A stretch of DNA of 64,000 nucleotides, taken from positions 105,158,774 to 105,222,773 of the forward strand of contig NC_068982.1 in the NCBI RefSeq assembly GCF_001194135.2. Reading direction: 5' to 3'. Below the pieces are notes generated by a model, which was not told the DNA's origin, did not search any database, and saw only the letters and a list, made by a program, of their open reading frames with translations. This stretch comes from Octopus bimaculoides (lineage: Eukaryota). The translations under genes were made by a program, and so were the position numbers. Shown piece by piece: positions 26,488-41,900 of the stretch; the stretch's first letter is position 1, and the number at the start of each line of letters is the position of its first letter.

Positions 26488-28640
26488 TGTATATATNNNN
26501 NNNNNNNNNNNNNNNNNNNNNNNNNNNNNNNNNNNNNNNNNNNNNNNNNNNNNNNNNNNNNNNNNNNNNNNNNTTCAATTCCCAGACCAGGCGTTGTGAG
26601 TGTTTATTGAGCGAAAACACCTAAAGGTCCACGAGGCTCCGGCAGGGGATGATGGCGAACCCTGCTGTACTCTTTCACCACAACTTTGTCTCACTCTTAC
26701 TTCCTGTTTCTGTTGTACCTGTAATTCAAAGGGCCAGCCTTGTCACACTGTGTCATGCTGAATATCCCCGAGAACTACGTTAAGGGTACACGTGTCTGTG
26801 GAGTGCTCAGCCACTTGCACGTTAATTTCACGAGCAGGCTGTTCCGTTGGTCGGATCAACTGGAACCCTCGACGTCGTAAGCGACAGAGTGCCAACAACA
26901 CAACAACAATATATGCAAACACATTGCATGTTTGTACATATGCAAATATTTTACATGACTATTGTGTACTTTTCATTGAGCTCTTTATTTTCAAGGTACT
27001 GAAAATTATGGCTCTTGCTAGTTACAAAGTTAATATGGATTACATCATCTGAAGATATCCATTGTCACCGTTGTCATCACCACTGCTGTCGCCAACACCA
27101 TCGCTGTCATTTAATGTTCAAATTCCATGCTGACATGAGTTGGAGAGTTTGGCAGTCTTACAAATCAGAGGACTGCCTTATGCACCAATGTCTTCTTTAA
27201 CATGGTTTCTACAACTGGATGCTCTTTCTAATATCAACCACTTTACAGGGTGCATTGGGTACTTTTTTGTGATACCAGCACTAGTGATAATTGTCTTGTA
27301 ATTTGTAAGACTAAGGCCCTAAAATGGCCCTTATAACTAAAGGAAAACAGAAGAGAGAGTGGATAATGATACTGGGTGGAGAGATAAGAGAGTGCTAGGT
27401 AAGCGGATGGGCTGGGTTGTAAGGCAGGGAGCAGAAGAGAGGGAAGGAATTAGTGATAGGGTAGAGAAACAGGGAGGGATAGAGATGAAAATGTGATGGG
27501 GTAGGTTCTTTTGTTTTTTATGTTTGGAGAATTTCTCTTCACAGACTTATTCTATATTACTGAAACCAGTGATCCTTGACTTGATGTTGTTAATGTTTTG
27601 CTTAAACTGTGCAGGTTAACATCTTCAGGAAATACATGCATAGGGAGGAGATTCCAGAGAACCAATGTTTTGGAGTGGAAGGACTTAGAATAGGAGTTTG
27701 TGGTTGGGTCCAGGTGAGAACTAATCACAGCAGAGATGATAAAAGGTAGATAAACAAGTGGGTTGAGAGTACTTGGATAGAGGAGTTACAAATCCATCCA
27801 GCTCCAAGGAACAGAAGCTGATATAGAATCACTATAGAGGCTATTATTGTAATTATCAATTATAAAACATTTCTTAGGTTTATTTACCTTGGAAGGATAA
27901 AAGAATAGACAAGACATAGTATGGTAATAAATTAAATACTGTAACCAGAACAACTGCAGCATTGGGAGTGATCTTCATTCAACCTAAATACAATGGAAGC
28001 ATGCTGAATCAAGCATTCAGACAGCATTTCTACTTGTGGTCATTCTGTCTTTATTGTAAAGCAAACAAGGTGAGAAAAACAAAATGGAATTGGATATTTG
28101 TTAAAAGAGATTTAAGAATGACAGTAACTCTGCTGGTTATTGATGCCTCCTAATAAAATCATAGGTCATAAATATAACAACTTAAAGAAATAGAGTTTAA
28201 ACTCTATCACAGGATGTTTCCAGGAATAACATTTACTTACCAGGATTTACAGCTGTCATTTCTAGTGTTTGTAGCATTCCTGGGAGTACGCTGAAAGTGT
28301 CTTTATGGTTTTGATGAACAGTGAAAGTATTTCCATGGAAATAAACAGTGTGCAAATCAACTTCGTTGCCAAGAGCCATGATATGCCAGCTGACTTTATC
28401 ATTCATGCACATTTCTGGTTCATAAAGATTCCCATAAAGGTAGCCATTGATACCTACAAAAGATAAGAGGAATTTTTATTTATTATATTTGTAGATCAGT
28501 CCATTAAGTGTCTTATAGTGCATAGTTGTGTTCCTCTATACTCACAGTTTAAATTATAACAATTTTGCTGTACTGTACATACAGTTCTGGTTACTTTTTC
28601 TGATTAGATGTAGTGCACCTGAGCACTGAATACAATGAGT

Positions 28641-28680
<40 letters not shown>

Positions 28681-31600
28681 CATCATCATTATTATTATTT
28701 AAGGTGACAAACTGGCAGAACTGTTAATACACGGGACATAATGCGTAGCAGCATTTCATCCATCTTCATGTTCTGAGTTCAAATCCTGTCGAGGTTGACT
28801 TTGCCTTTCATCCTTTCAGGGTTGATAAATTAAGTACCAGTGGAACATTGGGGTCGATGTAATTGACTAGTCCCCTCAGCCAAAATTTCAGGCCTTGTGC
28901 CTTTAGTAGAAAGGATTATTATAATTACTATCCCTCAAACATTCAGTATACTTCACCTTTATAAATGTTGTTTTGCTTTCAGAAGGAAGAAATCAGTTAC
29001 CATTTGTTTATAATTAGCATTGTTATACTATTAAATATTGTGTATGTATGGATGTGTTTGTTCTACATATTTGTTATTTATTTTTCAAGTCTTCCCTATA
29101 ATGTTGAAATTCTTTTTATTTTTTTCTCTGGTTGAATATGAAGGAAAAGTTAAATTGTGAGAGGTATCAAAAGCAACAAACAATAACAAATATCAGATCC
29201 TAGTCAATATAACAAATCTCAGTAAGGTGGTGAGCTGGCAGAATCATTAGCACGCCAGGCAAGATTCTTAGCAGCATTTAGTCCGTCTTTAAGTTCTGAG
29301 TTCTAATTTCACTGAGGTTGAATATACCTTTCATCCTTTTGGATTCAATAAAATAAGCACCAGTTGAGCACTGGGGTTGATGTAATCGACTTGCCCTCTC
29401 CCTTGAAATAGCTGGCTTTGTGCCAACATTTGAAACCAATATAATAAACCTCAGTTAAACTGCTAATCATTTGTTTAGATGTCATTTCAGACTTTTCTCA
29501 GTCTGCTTCCTGGCCACAAAGTTTCCATTATGTCTCATTGGAGCGACAGTGTGGTTATTTAACTCTAGATCAGATCTGATCCAACAGACTTATGACCAAA
29601 AATATTCCTGTTATGACAATCCTGTCTTCCATTCAGACAAGGAGAGTTCTGGTGGCTCAATAGTCGATCAAAGGAATATCTTGGCAGTCGCTCGACCTGC
29701 TAGAAATAGCAACCAACGACACCTTACTGTCACGAAATAAAGAAGATAAATTGGACATGGTTTTTATTTGTTTATTTTTATGCAGCAGCTGGAATGGAAT
29801 ATAAGATGAAAACCTCAGTTCACCGTGTTTCAAAAGCATTGGCTAGTGTATATAAAGGGAAACAACTCTGTTGCTATGATCAAGTAATAAGTATTAACGA
29901 TATATATATACAAGGTATTGGGATTTGATGGTGAAAGGTACCTGTAATAGTAATAAACCTTGAAAGATTTGGATAGAGAAGTTAGGACATGTATTGAAAT
30001 ATTAGGCTAATTTTTTTAGGATGACATGAGATCAGCTTGTAAAGAGAGATACTTTACTGTCAGCATGTGAAAAACATCATCGTTCTAACTTCCACTTCTC
30101 CATGATTGCAAGGATCGCACGAAATTTGTTGAGGAAGATTTTCTACGGCCACATGCCCTTCCTGTCGCTAACCCTCACTTATTTCCAAGCAAGTTATGGC
30201 CAGACATGTTTTTTGCTGAATATTGGAAATGAACGACACTATTTGTATAACAGTGAAATTCATTTACAATTATTATGTAAGGACAAGGAGACACACACGC
30301 GTGCATGCCCCCCACCACGCACGACAGGGTTCTTTCAATTTTTATCCATCAAATCCACTCACAAGATTTCGGTCAGCCTAGAGCCATGGTAGAAGACACT
30401 TTACCAAGGTGTTACACAGTGGGACTGAACCCCGAACCATACTGTTGGGAAGCAAACTTCTTAACCACACAGCCATGTTTGCACCTCAAAACATATTAAA
30501 ATGTCAGTGTTGGTAGTTGTTTTTCTTTCTTTTTATCATTCTTCAAGAATTCTCTCTCATTTCTCATTATGATCCCACCAAGTTGCTTCATCAAACACAT
30601 TCTTACTTTAAGAACTAACACCTGTATTTCACCTCATCTTTATCATTCACCTGGTATTTATTTAATCACCCATGGGAAGATAAAGAACCTGAAGATCCGA
30701 ATATGTCATTAACTTACCTTAATCTTTTCACTGTGGAAAACAGATATATTTAAATAATAATTTAATTTCTCTTCACTGCAGAAAGCAGTTTTATGTACCA
30801 ATCCATCTCTTTTGGGGGAATGTCATGCTTGAAACTATTTATTGTTGAGATATGCCAAGTTTATTGAGACAACATGACTTGCAGAAAATACCAATTCTAT
30901 TTTTGGTAGATATTTACCATCATTACAGGAATAACCCATGAAATGGGTCAAAACAATTGTAGTGATTAATAGATATTCTCATATCTTCCATCTTCTGTGT
31001 CTCTTCGGCAAAAGAGACTGATAGAATAAGTACAAGGCCTAAAAAAAATAAGTACTGGGGTCAACTCATTTGACTAAACCTTTCAAGGTGGTGCCCTAGC
31101 ATGGCTGCAGTCTAATGACTGAAACAAGGAAAAGATAAAAAAATAAAATGTAATCCACTTGAGTACCTACCATGCATCAAATTTGATTCCATAAAATCTT
31201 CATCCTCTACATCAACAGAATCAGGATTTATAGCATACTTTTCAATGTTCTTTTTCAAGTACCAAGAATTGTTTTCGTCAGTCACCGTAAACATGAGAAA
31301 GAACTCTTTATCTACGTTTTTCTGAAAAGGGAGAAAATAAATGAAAAGATGATAAAATAACAAAATCAAAATTACGTCCAGTGTTATCTTTTATCTTTTA
31401 CTTGTTTCAGTTATAAGACTGTGACCATGCTGGGGCACCGTCTTGAAGAACTTTTGGTCGAATGAAATGAACCCAGTATTTTCTTTTCTAAGCCTAATAT
31501 TTATTCTATTAATCTCGTTTGACAAACTGCTAAGTTATGGGGATGTAAACAAACCAACACCAGTTGTGAAGTGGTGTGGGAAACAAAGACACACACACAC

Positions 31601-32926
31601 ACACACACACACATATGAGGAGCTTCTTTCAGTTTCTGTCTATCAAAACCACTTATAAGGCTTTGGTTAGCCCAAGGCTATAGTAGAAAATACTTACCCA
31701 AGGTGCCACACAGTGGGACTGAACCCAGACCTATGTGGTTGGAAGGCAAGATTCTTACAACACAGCCATGTGAATAAAGGTTTCTGTGTTTCTGTAAGGC
31801 AAATAAAGGCATTTCATCTGTCTTTATGTTTTGAATTCAAATTCCACCATGGTTAACCCCTTTCAGGGTTGATGTAATAAGAACCAGTCAAGTAAAGGGG
31901 TTGATGTAATCAATTAGCCCCCTCCCTCCAAATTTCAGGCCATGTGCCTAAAGTAGAAAGGATTATTATTATTATTAATGTGGCAAGCAAGCAAAATCAT
32001 TAGTACACCAGACAAAATGAATAATCTGGTACAGAGAGATAACAAGATGGTGAGAGTAGGATACTATGCTAAGAGAAGTAAAACTGAGTGAAGAGGAATG
32101 AACAGGCAGAAGGAAGTGATACTTGAGAAGTTAGCAATTAGTGATGGGGAAACCAAAAGCTAATAATGAAAGACAACAACAGAATTGAACAATGAAGAAA
32201 AAATGATGGGAAAAGCAGAAAAATGACAAAATGAAAAAATGAAAAAATTTAAAGATGACAAGAAGCTGAGATAGTGTGAAAGGTTTTAATAGATTACATG
32301 AACAGTGAGGAGGCCCTTGGAAATCCTCATTTGAAAATCCCAGCTAATTTTTTTTTGTGTGTGTCTACCATTATGTTTTGAGTTCAAATACCACCAAAGT
32401 CAACTTTACCTTTCACTCTTTTGGGGTTGGTGAAAGAAGTACCAGTTGAGCACTGGAGCCAATGCAGTCAACTTCTGTCTCCCCTCAGAATTGTTGGCTT
32501 AGTTCCAAAATTAGAAATTATTATTATTATTATTAGAGGTGCTATCTCCTACAAAGAGAACAGAGAACAGGATTGCAGGGGCATGAAGAGAACACAAAGT
32601 ACGCAAGTCCAGAGCCAACTCCTTTCTTTCAGTCCCAACAGAGCCTTCCAAACATGGATCAGACTGATTGGCTACAACTGGATACACTGTATCCTGTCTT
32701 TTTTTCTGTGTGATGTCCTTGTGAACATCAACAATGACAGGCTAACTAATAATAATAATAATAATCATCATCATTATTGTTTAACGTCTGCTTTCCATGC
32801 TGGCATGGGTTGGACAGTTTGACTGAGGACTGGCAAGCCAGGAGGCTGAACCAGGGTCCAATCTGATCTGCCCTTCCTAACACCAACCACTCTGAAAGTG
32901 CAGTGGGTGCTTTTTATGTGTCACCG

Positions 32927-32967
<41 letters not shown>

Positions 32968-35900
32968 CCTTTATACTATAGGCACAAGGCTTTAAATTTG
33001 TGGGGAGGGGTTAAGTCAATTACATCGACTCCAGTACTCAGCTGGTACTTAATTTATCAACCCCGAAAGATGAAAGGCAGAGTCGACCTCGGCAGAACTT
33101 GAACTCAGAACATAGCAACGGGAAAAATACTGCTAAGCATTTCACCTAGCATGCTAATGATTCTACCAGCTCACCACCTTAATAATGATAATAATAATAA
33201 TGATAATGATGATTTCATTTAATTGCCACCAGGGCAAAGGATGAGGGGGACAATGCAAAACAGATACAAAATGTGAGGGTTTGCATATAATGAAATGATA
33301 AAATAAATAAATAAATAAATAAAATAATAAAAAAAAGGTGTAAGTATACACTGTATACTATGAAAAGGAAGAGAAGTATACATAGTATACAAAGGTTAAC
33401 AAAAAAAGTGGAGGGTGATAGATGGTTCTAATACCCTTTTAAAATTAAAAAAAAATTTTTAATTTAAATTTTATTTTTATACAACATAATATTACATGGG
33501 CTTTTGCTACACTTTGATTATAAACGTTTTCCCTCTGAGTCCTTAATGTTTTCCTAGATCCCAGTATAGTGTCCTAAGTTTCATAGCGTACTGAAAATAA
33601 CGACAAGAGTTAATGTCACCCTACTCTACCTCTTTTATGGGCATTTGTTGTTGTTGTTGGCACTCCGTCGCTTATGATGTTGAAGGTTCCAGTTGATCCG
33701 ATCAACAGAACAGCCTGCTCGTAAAATTAACGTGCAAGTGGCTGAGCACTCCACAGACACGTGTACCCTTAACGTAGTTCTCAGGGATATTCAGCGTGAC
33801 ACAGTGTGACAAGGCTGGCCCTTTGAATTACAGGTACAACAGAACCAGGAAGAAAGAGTGAGAGAAAGTTGTGGTGAAAGAGTACAGCAGGTTTCGCCAC
33901 CATCCCCTGCCGGAGTTTCGTGGAGCTATAGGTGTTTTCACTCAATAAACACTCACAACGTCCGGTCTGGGAATCGAAATCGCAATCCTATGACCGCGAG
34001 TCTGCTGCCCTAACCACTGGGCCATTGCATCTCCACTATGGACATTTACTGCTATCTAATTGACTCTTTCTAGAGTTTATTTCTTTTTGTGGCAAGGGGT
34101 ACTCATGACAGTAAGGAATTAAAGTTTGTTTCTTTTTGTGGTGAGGGGTATTCATGGCATTAAGAAATTAAGAAATAGTAAGAAATAAAGGAATAGGAGA
34201 AACATCTAGCAATATTTATTTATGATCAGCAGCCAGCTCTGAGCTGTCAACTCACAATGTTCTTTATTCTATGTAGCATTCTAGCCTTAGATCTTTTGTT
34301 GAAGAACCCCACTGTCCAAGATCTCCCTGAACACCAAGGGCAAGTGCCCTCACCAATTCCCTAATAATAATTATTATTATTAAGGTGGCCAGGTGGCAGA
34401 AACATTAGCATTCTGGAGAAAATGCTTCATGGTATTTCTTCCAGTTTCACATTGTGAGTTCAAATTCTGTTGAGGTCGACTTTCCTTTTGGAATTAATAA
34501 AATAAATACCAATTAAGCACTTGGTTGATGTCATTAACTAGACTCATTACCCTAAAATTCAGGCCTTGTGCCTATAGTAGAAAGGAGCATTGTTGTTGCT
34601 ACCTCCACTGCCACTGCTGTCACCCTCACCACCACCACCACCATAATCATCAGTAATGGAGGAGTATAGAATACCAGTACCATATGCTGTGCAGAGTTAG
34701 ACTTATCTTATGGTCCTAGTTTAAATTTTGCCATGGTCAAGTTTACTGGTCAGCTTTACCTTTACTTTTAATTAGATATGATATCTCCCTCAAGAAATTC
34801 ATCATCATCATTATTTTGATGTCTACTTTTCCATGCATGCATGGGCCAGAAGAGAGTACATTGGAGCAAAATTTTCTATGGCTGGATGCCCTTCATGATA
34901 CCAGCCTGCACTTGTTTCCAAAGTCCTACTGTATTGAATCACAAACATCCCAAACTTGGCCACATGAAGAACTGGGAACAAGCAACATTGTTTAAATCAG
35001 CCTTTTGTTTACTACTGTGGTATGATGTCAGCAACTGGGGAGCTGACCTCTGACCGGAACCGTGAACTGACCGGAATGGCGAGCTGACCAGAAGAGGAAG
35101 AAGGGCCGAGGGAGCCTCGATTGGGATTTCGTGCCCTTTTCGAACGGGGTTGTTGTGAGGAGAGGACGTGCCAAGCAATCGTCTAGGTGTTGGGAGAAGC
35201 AGCTGCTATTTCTAGTGTTCTTCGGGTCGGGGCGAGCCGCGAGGATCGGATACCGCAGGACAGACTCGTGCAAAGGAAGGAAAAACCGAGGTAAGCCAAT
35301 TACTTATTCTCGCACGCATACACCACAACTACAAAGTGTGTACAATATGTCGAGACATATTAAGAAGATTGGATGTGCTTTTGCACTGTGAGGGTGACCC
35401 CCTTCGGTTATGAATGACCATGGGATAGTACCTAGAAAGTTACCCTCTGAGGCACAAGTCTGGGCAAGGTTATTTATGGAAGACCAGTAGTTGCTCATGC
35501 ATACCAGCCTCCCTTCTGCACACCACCGATGTTATCCAAGGGAAAGACAAAGGCCAATACAGCTTGGTACCAGTGACGTTGCAACTCATTTCTACAGCTG
35601 AGTGAACTGGAGCAACGTGAAATAAAGTGTCTTGCTCAAAAACACAACACGCAGACTGGTCCAGGAATCAAACTCACAATCTCACAATCATAAGCTCAAC
35701 ACTCTAACCACTGAGCCATGCACCTTCAGTCTTTTGCACTAGACGGCAAGCAAATGACATCATTGTTGTTGTCGTCGTTGTCCATCTCTCCATCATTGTC
35801 ATTGTCGCTGACCTCCTCCTCGACATCATCATCATTATCATCATCATCATCATTTAGCATCTGTTTTCCATGCCGGCATGGGTTAGGCAGTTTGACTGGA

Positions 35901-38900
35901 ACTGGTAAGCCAGAGAGCTGTGCCAGGCTTCAGTCTGATTTGGTCTGGTTTCTATGGTTGGATGCTCTCCCTAATACCAACCACAGAGGCTTGCTGTTAC
36001 TATTTACAACCAGTAAACACTCATGAAGATGAAAGGAAATACAAACACATATGCACACACACATACACGCACACACAGGCATGCGTGCGCATGTACAGAC
36101 ACGCGTGCGCATGCACAGACATGCGTGCACGCATACAGTGGGCTTCTTTTAGTTTCCATCTACAAAATCCACTCACAAGGCTTTGATCAGTATGGAGCTC
36201 TAGGAGGAAACACTTGCCCAATGTGCTATGCTGAACCCAAAACCTTGTGGTTGGTAAGTAAACTGTTTATCATAGTTTTGCTTATAAATTCTAGTAAAAT
36301 AAAGGTCTTTAAAATGAAAACAAGAATGTCCAGTGGAAATGAAACCAAAACCACATGCTTGGGAAATGAACTTCTTAACCACGCAGCCATGCATACACTT
36401 TCAGAAGTATATGAGGGGGTGCTGACAAGTTCCTGGCTTTAAGGGTATCATGAAAGGCCTGGCTGGAGGCCCAACCTTCTAAGTTCTTTTACAGGGCTTA
36501 GAAAAACTGAAGGGCCACTGCAATAAGTGTGTGAATCTGAGAGAGGAATACGTTGAATAAAATCATAATTAACTGATTCTCCTATATTTTCTTTTACCCA
36601 AAGCCAGAAACTTTTCAGCACCTCTTGTATTATTGTTTCACTTCACAAACAAACATAAAATTTATTTTTTAAGCCATTATATAATGGGAAGAAGATCGAC
36701 AATTTTATCATGGCTGACACAAACCAACATACTACCAAAGAAAATTTCTTTCTCATTAAAAAAGAAACATGGAGTGGCTGTGTGGTAAGTAGCTTGCTTA
36801 CCAACCACATGGTCCCGGGTTCAGTCCCACTGCGTGGCATCTTGGGCAAGTGTCTTCTACTATAGCCTCGGGCCGACCAAAGCCTTGTGAGTGGATTTGG
36901 TAGACGGAAACTGAAAGAAGCCCGTCGTATATATGTATATGTATATATATATGTATGTGTGTTTGTGTGTCTGTGTTTGTCCCTCCAACATCGCTTGACA
37001 ACCGATGCTGGTGTGTTTATGTCCCCGTAACTTAGCGGTTCGGCAAAAGAGACCGATAGAATAAATACTAGGCTTCCAAAGAATAAGTCCTGGGGTCGAT
37101 TTGCTTGATTAAAGGTGGTGCTCCAGCATGGCCGCAGTGAAATGGCTGAAACAAGTAAAAGAAGAAAAAAAAGAAAAAAATGACAGTTCTCACCTGTTTT
37201 CTTTGGCTATTAAGACTACCTTTTTTGCATATAAGCAATGGCCCAACAAGGCCAGAGTATGTGTCTTTCATGGTGTTTACTTCTGATGCATACATCTTAG
37301 TTAAGCAGTCAGGATCTTTTTCAAGTGGTTCCATTTCTTTTGTTACATACCAGTAGTAAGTTTTCTGGCTATGTGGTTCAACAATACCTACAATAGAATA
37401 ATGTTTTTAAGAAAGAAATATTTTAATGCTTAAACTTCTGCTTAGCAAATTAGATCAAATGAGAGTCAAGACTATTGAAAAGGTTGCAAAACGCAACGAA
37501 AATTTTAGGAAAATAAAAATAATAAGTGAAAATTTTAAAGGTGAGTGTGTTAAATTTTAAGGCACGATAAGAAAATGACTCTCCCCAGACACAACAGAAT
37601 ATGCTTCAACACACGGAATCACATAAAAAATCTTGCAAACCAAATCCAAAAACAAAATTAGATCAAATTTAATTGATTAATGTTCACATTAGTTATTCTA
37701 CTGTATATGGTTATTCACCCACAATTTTTTTTTTTTTGTTACATTTACAACAAATTTTTTATTAATTTTTAGAAGAAAGCAAAATTCCCTAAAACTCCAT
37801 GCCAACCATCCGTCATGTATGATTTCCTGCTGGAGATTAATTCCAGATTCCAGTCTATCACAAGTAACATTCCCAGAAGATCTGAAGGTAGGTGAACTGA
37901 CACTACAAAAAAATTAAGTTTCCTGTCCAGAGAAACACATAGTAGTGACGGCTTGTATGAACTACCACCTAATAGATAAAAGCTGCTGAAGAGATTTAGT
38001 ATCATTTGTTGACGAACTCAATGGAGAAACATACAACATCCTTAATAAAATTTTTACATGCTTTAAGTTTAGGATAATATGCCTAATAGTGGACATTTTA
38101 ACTCTAAAATAAATTGAAAATTATCCTATTATAAAGATTTGGAAATTGAGATAACCAGAATGTGAGGATTGAAAAGAGACACTAGCACTACTAAATTTTA
38201 TATAGTTTATAGATTATTTTCAATACTGTTAAAAAAATAAAGAAAACTAAAATTCTATATATACCTAAGGTAAACAGACAGAGCTGTGTTGGGCTGTGCA
38301 ATGAAAATACATAATAAAAATAATACTATTAAGTTCTTACATAGGTGCAAGACCTCAAATGTAAGAGGTGTGTTGCTAGGGCATAATTGGTATTTTTTAT
38401 TGATCCCTAAAGAATGAAAGGCAAAGATAATTTCAGCAGGATTGAACTTGGAGCACCAAGGAATGTAACTAAATATCACAAGAGATTTTGCTGATTCTGC
38501 TAATCAAATGTCTTTACAATAATATGTTCACTCAAATTCCTCTAACAATAACAACTTTCTTCATCCTTTGGCTTAGTGGTTAGGGTGTTGTACTTATGGT
38601 TGTAAAATCATGGTTTCAATTCCCAGTCCAGTGGTGTGTTGCATTCTTGAGCAAAACACTTCATTTCACATTGCTCTAGTTCACTCAGCTGTAAGTGGGT
38701 AACTTTGCAATGGGTTAATATACAAGGGTGAGATAGTGACTCTGGAAAATCCCTGAATGGAGGTTTCAAGAGACACATTTTGTGTTCAGGGTTTGAAAGA
38801 ATGGATAATACAACTTGTACTGTGAATCCCAACTGGTCGGGATTGGTTGTTCAACCCCATTGAAGGTCAGTCAATCAAAGATCAGTTTCTTTACTGCATG

Positions 38901-41900
38901 ATTAACCTATCCACTTACCAGTATTCAAAAACCTACCTGTGGAGTATATCCTGAGATGATACACTCAAGAACTTTCCAATTCTCAGTTTTACTATTATCA
39001 ACCTTTCCCTTACTCCAGTGAAACTCACCACTCTATTTATAAACTATATACAAACCAAGATACCAGCATCATAAACTCCTTCTAGACATTTTTCCACACA
39101 ATCTTTTACTTCTGCACTTATCTTTCCCTCACCACTTCCTTCCTATCTTGTTTCTGACATACTACATATGTCCACTCTCCTTCTGATCAATGCCTCCACA
39201 ACTTCCTTGGTCTCCGTCATCATCCTTGTATTCTATACTGCAAGCCTTTTATATTCTAATCTCTGCAGGAGACACTTCTTTTAAAATAAGAACACACTAA
39301 TTAATGTAGCCCTAGATGCACTCTGTCAAGAAAAATAAATGGATTATTTGACTTACAAATAACTGATCACTCATATTATACTGTGTAGTGAGGCTGCTGA
39401 AAAGTTTTGAATCATCTCACTTAGGTCCCTGCTTTAGAACCACAATCCAACTATATTGCCATAAAAGGCAAAGGCCAGCTACAAGAAATTAACTGTATTG
39501 CCTTAAATGGCATTAATGTTTATGTGAACATGATTTGACCAATCAGATTAGCTGGTGTATAACGAAATAAGTAGTAGACTTGAAAGTGAGTTTTGTGAAT
39601 TTTCTCACCAAATAGTTCTGCTGAAGGTTCTAGAAGCTTGAGTGAATGTTATAAAATGTTGGGATATTGAACTGCTGAACAAGACAGCCTCAGGTGCTAT
39701 ACAGAACTCTGTTGGTCAGTCCTGTGTCAAGGTGTTCTCACTTTTTCTACTTCTTATTCTGTCTTTAATAATCATCAATGATTTTCTTATAAACAACTAA
39801 ATTATTTTATGCAATGAAGACCTTTAGCTATCACAGTAACTATCTCTTGTATGATGTTTTATTCAAATAGTTGTTATATATATGTAAATGCATATGTTTT
39901 GAGTAATAAAAAATATGGAAACTTAGAAAAATATTAGTATGGTCATTTTTGCCTTCACACACAACCTTGTATAATATTTTGTACAACAATGAATCTATTA
40001 AGATCTATTAGAATGATGACCCAATAAAACGTTCTTGTTTTCAGGAGAGTGTGATACATTACTCTTTTACTTGTTTCAGTCTTTTGACTGCGGCCATGCT
40101 GGAGCACCGCCTTCAGTTGAGCAAATCGACCCCAGGACTTATTCTTTGGAAGTCTAGTACTTATTCTATTGGTCTCTTTTCCCGAACAAACGTAAACACA
40201 CCACCATCAGTTGTCAANNNNNNNNNNNNNNNNNNNNNNNNNNNNNNNNNNNNNNNNNNNNNNNNNNNNNNNNNNNNNNNNNNNNNNNNNNNNNNNNNNN
40301 NNNNNNNNNNNNNNNNNNNNNNNNNNNNNNNNNNNNNNNNNNNNNNNNNNNNNNNNNNNNNNNNNNNNNNNNNNNNNNNNNNNNNNNNNNNNNNNNNNNN
40401 NNNNNNNNNNNATATACACATATATACGACAAGCTTCTTTCAGTTTCCGTCTACCAAATCCACTCACAAGGCTTTGGTCGGCCTGAGGCTATAGTAGAAG
40501 ACACTTGCCCAAGGTGCTACGCAGTGGGACTGAACCCGGAACCATGTGGTTGGTAAGCAAGCTACTTACCACACAGCCACTCCTGCGCCTATTAGATAAA
40601 ATATTCATAGATATTCAATGTACCTGAGTGATTATGGCTGGAATGCTTTTTGGTCATGGGTCTGGTCAATAATTGCTGACCTGGGGCTAAACAACAATAG
40701 CAGTTGGATGGTTACAACTGGAATGCCTTTGATCACAGATTTGCCCAATCATGGCTGGCCTTCAGCTTAACAACAACAACAACTAAAACAATGCAGTAAT
40801 GCCATCATTTATACAAAAATTATTTCTGAAATTATTAAAAAAACAAAACAAATTCAGTGTCACTTTACCCTTATCACCAGCTTGGTCAGTATAGAAAGCT
40901 CCTTCATCAAATTTGTTATAGTATACACCATAGGGATGAATGGAAAACTTATATGATGCTTTATTATAGAAAACAACTTTTATTATTTCTCCAACTTCAG
41001 CTCGAATCACAGGCCCTAAGGAACCCAAGTGTTTTTCATCTATTCCTCTTTGCTTCTGTTTTGTAAAACTTTTGTCAGTGTATTCATGATAGATAGCTTT
41101 CATGTATTTTCCACCAATTCTTTGTGCACCATTTTTAAAAAATACTTCTGAATCACTGGTGGGGGAAAAAAACAGAAAAGCAAAGCAAACAATACATTAT
41201 GTTTTAAAAAAATTAATTACTGAATTTCAAACTGATTTTTTGGACAGTTTTATTAAATGCTCTCCACCTCTCTCCAATTTAGTTTTGATAGAGATATTTT
41301 AAAGTTATAAACAGGATGCACTGTCAAACTATATAAGAAGTTAGTCAGATGTGTTGAATAAGCATTGTATGCCCCTCCCCCACTGCCCCCACTGCATTTT
41401 AAAAAAATTCTTCAGATTCCTTTACTTCCAACAGTGGAAATTACGATTTTGTACATCCTCCAAAAAACAGCTTTTCAATATTTGATTTTCTCTTCTTTTT
41501 TTTGTTTTTGTTTGTTTGTTTGTTGAATGCCACTTTAAAAATATGAAGCTCAAGATTCTGAAAAAAAAAAATCTTTGTCAAAATTACAACTTTTAAAAAA
41601 TTCTTTTTCCCCCTTCCTGACTTTTTGAATACTCAACAGAAATACAGAGAGCAAACAAACTTAATAATGGTTTGAGAATTATATTTAACCTATTCATAAA
41701 TTGGATTACAAGTAGTAAGAATGATTAACATTTTTGGGAATTCCTTTAACTTTTAAATATATTTTGGCTGTAAGGTACTCTTCATGCTGGTTTGATACAT
41801 AATGTTTTTGAGCAGCAATTTTCTTATTGATCAAATCCTTTCCCTCCAGACAAAATCCATGGAACATGAAGTGATGATAGTCAGTTCCCTCATACTGAGT

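Noticed and set aside
36765-36840. tRNA-like sequences with A and B boxes
   Set aside because: SINE heads followed by SINE bodies; no complete cloverleaf, so not called as tRNA genes.
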